From Planctomycetes bacterium UBA1146 (GTDB taxonomy: Bacteria; Planctomycetota; UBA8108; UBA1146), in assembly GCA_002311345.1 (NCBI GenBank), contig DCAA01000026.1:214829-278828 (forward strand): 64,000 bases of DNA, in the 5' to 3' direction. Shown here piece by piece: positions 50,770 to 58,546 of this stretch; the first letter of the stretch is position 1, and the number at the start of each line of letters is the position of its first letter. The notes beneath the pieces are model-generated. The model was not told the DNA's origin. It did no database searches and was given only the letters and a program-made list of their open reading frames with translations. The translations under genes and the position numbers were made by a program.

Positions 50770-52208
50770 CCGTTTTCTCCGGTTCGATCCTGCAGGTGGC
50801 GACGTCTGGCATCGGGAGTCGGTTCGATGGTGCAACCATATCCCTCGCAGTCGAGCGAACCGATGGCCAGATTCCCGTTCTCGATGATGAGTTCGCCCGA
50901 ATTTTCAAATGGACGATACATATCAGGGTGCTGGCTCAGAAGTTGTGCCACTTCCTGCTCGGGCAGATGATCGAGACCTCGAAAATAGTGATGGCCATTT
51001 CTCTCGACATGGTGCAATCCCAATGCAGCCACCGTCAACAGATCCTGGTGCAGCCCCCACGGTGGCAAGTTGGTCAGATCCTCGGCGCTGATGAAGCAAC
51101 CATCGTGGAGATCACAGATACCCTGATGAGCGATCGATCGCGAAACTCCCTTGCAGTTCTTGGCGGAAACTCCCCGATAACCGAGCCTCAACGCCTCGAT
51201 GAAAGCCTCCGGACCGTGATCCGCCTCATCGATGATCACCGGGGCAATGGCAGCCAATGATGTGGGCGCCGCAGCATCATCGAAGGTACTGGCCCGCGGA
51301 ACCGGTTGCTCGATGCTGACGATGTTCGAGACGAAGTTCTGACCGGTGGAAGTTCGGCCGAGTTGGTCGATCACTCCGGCGAGCAGATCCGGATCCTGAT
51401 ACTGCTCGTTTCCATCCAGGGTCACCCGGAATTGGGGGTCCGCTTCACGCGAAAGGATCGATGCAATCCTCTCCAGGCGTTCCAGATCCTGTTGAGGATC
51501 TCCCCCAACCTTGACCTTGAACCAGAGCAGTCCATGTCTCTGGATGTCCTCGATGAGTGTCACCGGTAAACCATCCTCCGGTGCCTCCTGTGACCGTGTT
51601 TCCAAATCATCGAGCAAACCCACCGTATGACGAACTGCAAGTTTCTCGGGTAGCGGTGCTGGTTCGAATTTCCAATCGCCGAGTTGCGGGTAAAATCGCG
51701 CGGGGTCGATTCTGAACAGGTCGCAGTCGAGAGAGGTGAGAAAAGAGAGCCCCACTCCCCTACAGGTGGCATCCATCATCGCCCGCTCACAGATGGCACA
51801 TCCGAATCCACGGGTGAGACGATCCTGCGCGGTGACGGGCACACTGAGAACGCGGGCTTCGAGCATCCTCCAGTAATGATCGAAAACACTCGCCAGGGAT
51901 CCATCGGTGAGGATCTCGCCGGCGCAATCGATACTATCGACAAGACTACGGATATCATCTTCAACGGATCGTTCAGGATCCTTCTCGAACCAGCGAGGAA
52001 CCAGTAGTTCCGATGACCAGCCAGCCAGCGCTGTTCCATCCGATGTCTCCGCCGTCAGAGCCACCACCGCCATCGGTGCTTCGGTCAGGGTATGGATACC
52101 GAAACGAAACGGGATTCTGGTGGTGCAGTTGTGCAACTCCAGATCGACTCCGGTCACCCTGATCTGCAATGTGCAGCCTCCCACCGAAGAATGGCGCTCA
52201 GAGGGCAT
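50766..52208 (-). CDS. Enolase-superfamily (mandelate racemase/muconate lactonizing enzyme-like) protein with N-terminal extension
   Basis: KxK-like FKVKVG, candidate metal ligands in …RVTLDGNEQY…, …SIEQPV…, …VIIDEAD…; 480 aa. Confidence 0.55.
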   Translation of the reverse strand: MPSERHSSVGGCTLQIRVTGVDLELHNCTTRIPFRFGIHTLTEAPMAVVALTAETSDGTALAGWSSELLVPRWFEKDPERSVEDDIRSLVDSIDCAGEILTDGSLASVFDHYWRMLEARVLSVPVTAQDRLTRGFGCAICERAMMDATCRGVGLSFLTSLDCDLFRIDPARFYPQLGDWKFEPAPLPEKLAVRHTVGLLDDLETRSQEAPEDGLPVTLIEDIQRHGLLWFKVKVGGDPQQDLERLERIASILSREADPQFRVTLDGNEQYQDPDLLAGVIDQLGRTSTGQNFVSNIVSIEQPVPRASTFDDAAAPTSLAAIAPVIIDEADHGPEAFIEALRLGYRGVSAKNCKGVSRSIAHQGICDLHDGCFISAEDLTNLPPWGLHQDLLTVAALGLHHVERNGHHYFRGLDHLPEQEVAQLLSQHPDMYRPFENSGELIIENGNLAIGSLDCEGYGCTIEPTPDARRRHLQDRTGENG

Positions 52209-52241
52209 CCTGCACCGCTGGTGATCTGGATCAAGGATCGA

Positions 52242-53360
52242 TCAATTCCTGCCGGGATCCCACGGCGTGGGGTCGATGACAGGCTCCTCGTCAAAAATTG
52301 AAGCAGCGATCAGTTCCGCTGCTGCAGGTGCCTGGGTGATTCCAAGGCCCTCGAAACCGGCAGCGACCCACAGCGAGGAAGATCCAGGAAGGAGTCCGAT
52401 CAATGGACGACCATCGGCGCTGGCAGCACGAGTCCCGGTCCACTTGCGTATGATGGGCAGTCCTGCGATTCCTGGGATGAAGCGTTCAGCACGGTGGATG
52501 ATCCTCTCCATCAGATCGGAATCCAAGCCGCCTGCCCTCCTGGGGCGACGCGATGATCCGATGCAGAGTTGATCGGTCGATCTTGGCAATACCGCGCAGG
52601 CAACTGCCTCATCCTCTTCACCCTGGGCTCCCTTCTGGTAACCGGCCTCCACCACATGGTGAGAGATGATACAGGTTCCGCGCGTGGTGATCGCCAGGTG
52701 CCCTTCTCTCGGGTGAATGGGAATGCAATTTTCTGACCCAGGGCACAGTTCGAGTGCATCGAGACCGGATGCAATCACGATGGCATCGGCGACCATGCTC
52801 TCTCCGTGGGCGAATACAACCCGGTTTTCCTCTACCGATGTCACCCGGGTTCTGCATCGGATCGTCGCTCCGAGTCTACGGGACTCCGCGACGAGAGCTG
52901 CAGCGGCAGCGGGAGCATAGAGAACCCCGTCCTGGGGCAACTGAAGTCCACCGATGAGATCTCGTGACAGAGCAGGTTCTGCATCGAAGAGTGCGGCTCC
53001 CTCGAGGAGGTGCGCTGTCACACCGGCAGTTGCCAACCTATCAGCAGCTCGCGATAGATTATCGAGGCCGTGCTGGTCTTCGGCCATCCAGAGTGTGCCG
53101 GATTCGATGAAACCATCATCTGGATTCATCGGGGGCGCATCTTCACGCCACAATTTCCTACCCAGAAGACACAACTGAAGCCCGGCGGGCTCTGCATCGT
53201 TGACCACGATGTGGCCCATCCCCGCTGCAGTGGCTCCGTGCAACCCGGGGCCATCTCCGGCTTCGATGATCTCTACCTGGCCCCCACGTCTGACCAGACT
53301 CCTGGCACAGGCGGCACCCACAATGCCTCCTCCGACCACGATGATCCGCAGAGTGCTCAT
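52242..53360 (-). CDS. FAD-dependent oxidoreductase, DAO family (opine oxidase subunit B / D-amino-acid dehydrogenase-like)
   Basis: N-terminal Rossmann IIVVGGGIVGAACA; 372 aa. Confidence 0.8.
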   Translation of the reverse strand: MSTLRIIVVGGGIVGAACARSLVRRGGQVEIIEAGDGPGLHGATAAGMGHIVVNDAEPAGLQLCLLGRKLWREDAPPMNPDDGFIESGTLWMAEDQHGLDNLSRAADRLATAGVTAHLLEGAALFDAEPALSRDLIGGLQLPQDGVLYAPAAAAALVAESRRLGATIRCRTRVTSVEENRVVFAHGESMVADAIVIASGLDALELCPGSENCIPIHPREGHLAITTRGTCIISHHVVEAGYQKGAQGEEDEAVACAVLPRSTDQLCIGSSRRPRRAGGLDSDLMERIIHRAERFIPGIAGLPIIRKWTGTRAASADGRPLIGLLPGSSSLWVAAGFEGLGITQAPAAAELIAASIFDEEPVIDPTPWDPGRN

Positions 53361-54511
53361 CTGACTTTCTCCATCGATGTGGCCGGGTTGGCTTCGCCAC
53401 TCTCACCGATGGCAACTTCCCGGGCGGCGCGATACACCTCCAGTGTTTCGCGAGCGCAACGTTGCCAGTTGAACGAGGTCGCATATTCGCGGGCAGCAGC
53501 GCGGTTCGAATCTTGTTGCGAAAGCGCCCGAAGCAGTGCCTGCGCGATCGAAAGTGGATCATCCGGTTGGCAAGTCTCGGCGAATCCACCCGCGATCTCC
53601 GGTGCAGCACCTTGACCGGCTATCACGACGGGACAACCGCATCCCATCGCCTCGAGGATCGGCATCCCGAAACCCTCGTAAAAACTGCAATACAACAACG
53701 CGCGAGATGATGAATATAGTGCCGGGAGCACATCATCCCCCACCCATCCAACGTGATGGATCAGGCCTTTGCCTTCCTCCTCGATGAAGGACTGCAACTC
53801 TTCGCCTCCAAAGGTGAGGTCTCCCGCGAGAACGAGAGGAACATCTCCAAGATCAGCAGCCATGAATCCGCGAATGATCCCGGGAATATTCTTCCGATGG
53901 GAAAGATCTCCGACGTACAGGATCGCTCGCTCTGGAATCCCTTTCTGCCTCAGGATATCCGCGCTCATCTCGGGTGGCATCGGGGAAAAGATGCGGTCAA
54001 CCCCGTGGTACACCTTCACGACCTTCTCTTCGGGACAATCGATGTGACTGAGGAAGTCGTGACGTGTCGTCTCGCTCACAGCGATGATCCGATGACAATC
54101 GCGGGCGATGGCACGATATCCCTCGATCATTCGATCCCTGAAACCGGTGGTCGAGATCGGTTCTTTGCCCAACAGGTCCGGAACCAGGTGCATTACATCG
54201 TGAAGGGTCGCCACCCGCGCGGCTCGCCAGCGTGGGACCCGCGAATCAGTGACATGAACTACATCCGGCCTCATCAATGGAGGCCACCACGGCTCCTGGA
54301 TCCAGAATCTAGAACAACTGCCTACCTCGAGACGGTGACGGTGGTGACGCAGATGAGAAAAACGGGTTCCGAGCGCGATGTCGACATCGAGATCGGACAG
54401 TGATCTGGCGAGTTGTGCGGTATATCTGCCGATACCCGTCGGTCGGGGCGTACAGGCAGCAGTGGCGTCTATGGCGATACGCAAGGAACCTCCAGGCGGA
54501 GGATAGGTCAC
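53357..54511 (-). CDS. GT4-family glycosyltransferase
   Basis: GT-B fold with C-terminal EX7E-type region (…YCSFYEGFGMPILEAMGCGCPVV…). Confidence 0.8.
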   Translation of the reverse strand: MTYPPPGGSLRIAIDATAACTPRPTGIGRYTAQLARSLSDLDVDIALGTRFSHLRHHRHRLEVGSCSRFWIQEPWWPPLMRPDVVHVTDSRVPRWRAARVATLHDVMHLVPDLLGKEPISTTGFRDRMIEGYRAIARDCHRIIAVSETTRHDFLSHIDCPEEKVVKVYHGVDRIFSPMPPEMSADILRQKGIPERAILYVGDLSHRKNIPGIIRGFMAADLGDVPLVLAGDLTFGGEELQSFIEEEGKGLIHHVGWVGDDVLPALYSSSRALLYCSFYEGFGMPILEAMGCGCPVVIAGQGAAPEIAGGFAETCQPDDPLSIAQALLRALSQQDSNRAAAREYATSFNWQRCARETLEVYRAAREVAIGESGEANPATSMEKVR

Positions 54512-54517
54512 CAGTGG

Positions 54518-55471
54518 CTACAGGTCGATGCCATGGCGAAAAGGATCGTCTTCCATGAAGTGAAGCGTTCCTTCGCCAGTGAGGTAAGCACTACCCCGGA
54601 TCGTCGGATAGACCCCATCCCCGTCCGCCACAAAGGTGCCCGAGAACCGGGTTCCGAGAACTCCCATCTGGATCCACGGGGCACCCTCCTGTAACTGCCC
54701 ACGGGCATGCAAGCAGGCCAGAGTCGCACTGGTTCCGGTTCCACAGGGTGAACGATCCCATTCCTTGCCGGGACAGAGAACGAAGGATCGCACCCCTACC
54801 TGCTGTTTTGAAGGCAGTGATTGATGCAACTCGATATGGTCGATCGCGGCCCCGGAAGTGCCCGTTACTCCATCGGCCTCGAGAGCGGTACGGATCTCAC
54901 AGCAAAGGTCGATGAGTTGGTCAATTCGAGAAGGTTCGATGGGAACGCCAGGACTTTCGGTGATGAAGAACCAGTTCCCCCCCCAGGCAACATCTCCGAT
55001 GAGTTCGATGCCTTCATGGGTGGTGACCGATACATCCGACATTTCCCGGAAACTTCTGACGTTACGAACCGAAACATCTCCTTCTGGATGCAAGATGGTC
55101 TCGATGACCCCCGCCGGAGTCTCCAGTGTGCAACCGCCCACCTCGATCTTGCCGATGTGGTGTAATGCTTTCACCACACCGATGGCACCGTGACCACACA
55201 TAGCGAGGGTGCCTACGTTGTTGAAAAAGATCACTCCCGCATCACATTCCGCGATGGACGAATCGAGTAACAAAGCGGCGACCATCGCCTCGTGTCCACG
55301 CGGCTCTCGGACGATCCCCGCTCTGAGGGCATCGTGATCCCTGGTGAGCACATCGCGGCAATCAGAGACGCTCTCCCCCTCGAGATGGGGGAAACCATCG
55401 ATGATGATGCGCGTCGGTTCACCAGCAGTGTGGGTATCGATGTAGCGGATATCCGCGGCAGCCATACTCAT
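54518..55471 (-). CDS. Proline-racemase-family enzyme with both catalytic Cys (4-hydroxyproline 2-epimerase / proline racemase type)
   Basis: …LAMCGHGAIG… and …DRSPCGTGTSA… Cys-Cys pair; 317 aa. Confidence 0.85.
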   Translation of the reverse strand: MSMAAADIRYIDTHTAGEPTRIIIDGFPHLEGESVSDCRDVLTRDHDALRAGIVREPRGHEAMVAALLLDSSIAECDAGVIFFNNVGTLAMCGHGAIGVVKALHHIGKIEVGGCTLETPAGVIETILHPEGDVSVRNVRSFREMSDVSVTTHEGIELIGDVAWGGNWFFITESPGVPIEPSRIDQLIDLCCEIRTALEADGVTGTSGAAIDHIELHQSLPSKQQVGVRSFVLCPGKEWDRSPCGTGTSATLACLHARGQLQEGAPWIQMGVLGTRFSGTFVADGDGVYPTIRGSAYLTGEGTLHFMEDDPFRHGIDL

Positions 55472-56157
55472 CTGACCTGAGCAACCAGAAGCCCCTGACG
55501 CATCGGAAGGATCGTTCCCTGCATACGGGGGTGTTCGGAGACCATCTTGTTGAAGTTATCGATGGCAACACGGGATGGCTCCTCGTCGATGGAGCCGGGA
55601 ACCCAGCCTTTCCCCGCCCCGAGAACGTTGTCGGCCACGATCAGCCCACCACTTCTGACGAGCGGAAATCCAGCCTCCAGGTAACCGGGATACTCGGTCT
55701 TGATGGCATCGATGAAGAGCAGATCACAACTCTCGACTCCCAGTTCCTCGACCAGATCCGGTAACACCTTCAAGCCCTCGCCAACCCGGATATCGATCCG
55801 ATGTTCCTTCGCCCGCGAGATCGCTCCCCGGGCAAAGTCAGCATGGTGGGGATCGGACTCGATGGTGACGATCTTGCCCTCGGGAGAAAGCCCCCTCGCC
55901 AGCGCCAGAGCACTGGCTCCGCCAAGAGTTCCCACCTCGACGATCAGGTGAGCTCCTCCCTCACGGCTCATCGTAGCCAGCAGTGACAACCAGCGTCCCA
56001 CCGCTGCCCCGACCGAGATGGCAGGTAATCCGGCTTCTACCGCAGCATCATGTTCTCGTGACCAGCGCTCACGATCATCACTGAAGAGTTGCTCGATGTA
56101 CTCGTGAGTGGCTTCCCAACGCTGCTGGGACATCCCCTCGGAGGTAGAATCCGCCAT
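55468..56157 (-). CDS. Class I SAM-dependent O-methyltransferase (family 3, caffeoyl-CoA OMT-like)
   Basis: …LIVEVGTLGGASALALA… (motif I) and …DLLFIDA…; 229 aa. Confidence 0.8.
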   Translation of the reverse strand: MADSTSEGMSQQRWEATHEYIEQLFSDDRERWSREHDAAVEAGLPAISVGAAVGRWLSLLATMSREGGAHLIVEVGTLGGASALALARGLSPEGKIVTIESDPHHADFARGAISRAKEHRIDIRVGEGLKVLPDLVEELGVESCDLLFIDAIKTEYPGYLEAGFPLVRSGGLIVADNVLGAGKGWVPGSIDEEPSRVAIDNFNKMVSEHPRMQGTILPMRQGLLVAQVR

Positions 56158-56175
56158 CGAGTTTTCCCTCCAGGT

Positions 56176-57393
56176 TCAGCCGTTTCGCTTGATCTGCAGG
56201 TTCTCGGCGAGTTTCGCCAGGAACTCTTCTGTATTCATGAACGGAGTGTCATCACCAACCAGGATCGCCAGATCCCTGGTCATGTGCCCCGACTCCACCG
56301 TCTCGATACAGACCTTTTCCAGATCATGAGAGAAACCTGCCAGTTCGTCGTTTCCATCGAGACGCGCTCGGTGAGCAAAGCCACGGGTCCATGCAAAGAT
56401 GCTGGCGATGGGATTGGTCGAGGTGGGATTCCCTTGCTGATGCTGGCGGTAGTGGCGGGTGACGGTCCCGTGTGCGGCTTCCGCCTCTACCGTCTTGCCA
56501 TCAGGAGTCATCAGGACGCTGGTCATCAGGCCGAGAGATCCGAATCCCTGCGCTATGGTGTCGGATTGGACGTCTCCGTCGTAGTTCTTGCACGCCCACA
56601 CGAAACCGCCTTCCCACTTCATGACACAGGCGACCATGTCATCGATGAGACGGTGCTCGTAAGTGATGCCCGCATCCTCGAACGCACCACGAAACTCGTC
56701 ATCAAACACTTCCTCGAACAGATCCTTGAAGCGCCCGTCATAGGCCTTGAGGATGGTGTTCTTGGTCGAGAGGTAGACGGGCCACTTCCGCTGCAATCCA
56801 AAATTCATGCAGGCACGAGCGAATCCGCGGATCGATTCATCGAGATTGTACATTCCCATGGCGATGCCGGGGGCCTCGAACTCCATCACATCGTAGGTTT
56901 GAATGTCTCCACCCTCGTCGGGTGTAAAGGTCATCGTCAGTTTTCCAGCACCCGGGATCAGGAAATCAGTCGCGCGATACTGATCTCCGTGAGCGTGACG
57001 ACCTATGACAATCGAGTTGGTCCAGCCGGGAACCAGGCGCGGAACATTGTTGCAGATGATGGGCTCGCGAAAGACGGTGCCCCCGAGGATGTTGCGGATC
57101 GTCCCGTTGGGTGAGCGCCACATCTTCTTCAGGCCGAACTCCTCCACCCTCTGTTCATCTGGAGTGATGGTGGCGCACTTGACACCGACTCCATGTTCAC
57201 GAATCGCAGCAGCCGCATCGATGGTGATCTGGTCATCGGTTGCGTCTCGGCTCTCGATGCCAAGATCGAAGTACTTCAGTTCGACATCGACGTAAGGAAG
57301 AATCAGGCGATCCTTGATGAACTGCCAGATGATGCGGGTCATCTCATCACCGTCGAGTTCGACGACCGGATTGCTCACCTTGATCTTGTCCAC
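56176..57393 (-). CDS. icd: NADP-dependent isocitrate dehydrogenase (homodimeric eukaryote-like type, ~405 aa)
   Basis: Strong similarity to type II NADP-IDH (…[21 protein letters not shown]…). Confidence 0.9.
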   Translation of the reverse strand: MDKIKVSNPVVELDGDEMTRIIWQFIKDRLILPYVDVELKYFDLGIESRDATDDQITIDAAAAIREHGVGVKCATITPDEQRVEEFGLKKMWRSPNGTIRNILGGTVFREPIICNNVPRLVPGWTNSIVIGRHAHGDQYRATDFLIPGAGKLTMTFTPDEGGDIQTYDVMEFEAPGIAMGMYNLDESIRGFARACMNFGLQRKWPVYLSTKNTILKAYDGRFKDLFEEVFDDEFRGAFEDAGITYEHRLIDDMVACVMKWEGGFVWACKNYDGDVQSDTIAQGFGSLGLMTSVLMTPDGKTVEAEAAHGTVTRHYRQHQQGNPTSTNPIASIFAWTRGFAHRARLDGNDELAGFSHDLEKVCIETVESGHMTRDLAILVGDDTPFMNTEEFLAKLAENLQIKRNG

Positions 57394-57410
57394 TGAGTCG
57401 CTCCTGACGA

Positions 57411-57463
57411 CCGGGAGTGCTCCCGGCGAGATCTTCCCGACAGAATCCTGACCCGTGGATTCT
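57411..57463 (-). terminator. Two stem-loops between fpg and icd; possible fpg terminator or icd leader structure
   Basis: CCGGGAG-TG-CTCCCGG (57411-57426) and AGAATCC-N8-GGATTCT (57442-57463); no clear U-tract. Confidence 0.3.
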
Positions 57464-57505
57464 AGGTTCTCGTCCGTTCGGTGGGAAGCGGACCCGACCG
57501 GGAAG

Positions 57506-58321
57506 CTACCTCTGGCAACCGGGGCAGTAGAAGAGCGAACGATTGCCCTTCACCGCCCGCCGAATCAAGTCATCACAACGACTACAGGGCTCTCCGTCCC
57601 GGCCATACACCTCGAAGGTATGCTGGAAGTAACCCGGTTCTCCGTCCGGATGGACGAAGTCCCTGAGGGTGGTCCCTCCCTGGGCGATTGCTCGAGTGAG
57701 TACATCCTGGATCGCCGTCGCGAGACTCAGATACCTCTTCCGTGCGATCCGTCCGCAAGCGCGATCGGGACGAATCCTCGCCTTCCAGGCCGCTTCGTTG
57801 GCATAGATGTTACCGATCCCCGCAATTATCTTCGAGTCGAGCAGAAAGTCACGCAACTTCAGGCGACGCCCACGAGAACTTCGATAGAGTACTTCACCGA
57901 GTTGGTCGTTATCGAGCGGTTCGGGACCGAGGTCCTTCAACAGCGGATGCATCGGTGGGTCATCTCCTGCCCACGTGACAATTCCGAAACGGCGGGGATC
58001 GTGAAAACGAAGCTGACGACCATCATCGAGATACCAGATGACATGATCATGAGGCCGATGGTCATCGGTACCCTCGGAGATCCGCAGGCTACCGGACATG
58101 CCGAGATGAACCAGCAACACTCCTGCCGTGGTTTCAAGGAGCAGGTACTTGGCACGTCGATCCGTCTGACCGAATGTTGCCGCCCGCAATCTCTCATCGA
58201 GATCACCCGGAACCGGTAGCCTCAGTTTCGAATTACGGATCACAACTTCCTCGATACGCGAGCCCTGGATCTGGTCCGAGATCCCTCGCCGGGTGGTCTC
58301 CACTTCAGGTAATTCTGGCAC
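57506..58321 (-). CDS. fpg: Formamidopyrimidine-DNA glycosylase Fpg/MutM (GTG start giving N-terminal PELPEVE)
   Basis: [13 protein letters not shown]-terminus, C-terminal zinc finger CxxC…CPGCQR; start assigned to the GTG preceding PELPEVE. Confidence 0.85.
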   Translation of the reverse strand: MPELPEVETTRRGISDQIQGSRIEEVVIRNSKLRLPVPGDLDERLRAATFGQTDRRAKYLLLETTAGVLLVHLGMSGSLRISEGTDDHRPHDHVIWYLDDGRQLRFHDPRRFGIVTWAGDDPPMHPLLKDLGPEPLDNDQLGEVLYRSSRGRRLKLRDFLLDSKIIAGIGNIYANEAAWKARIRPDRACGRIARKRYLSLATAIQDVLTRAIAQGGTTLRDFVHPDGEPGYFQHTFEVYGRDGEPCSRCDDLIRRAVKGNRSLFYCPGCQR

Positions 58322-58546
58322 GGCGACGGCCCTTCCACGGCGCAGAAGCAGATTAGCGGGGAATTTCCCCATTCCGTTCTCAAGCGGTCGAATCGGCAGC
58401 ATGACCCCGTTTTCGGCCGTTTCCAGCCCACAACATCGGCCACCTGGACAAAAAGAGGGCTTGAAAGGGGGACCCGTTGCCGGGTACCCGTAGAAGAGAG
58501 CACCCCCGGCCTGGCGCCGGCCGCGGGGAGAAGGGCCGAAAATATC

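Noticed and set aside
56089-57114. 341-aa plus-strand ORF
   Set aside because: Antisense to the highly conserved NADP-isocitrate dehydrogenase gene.
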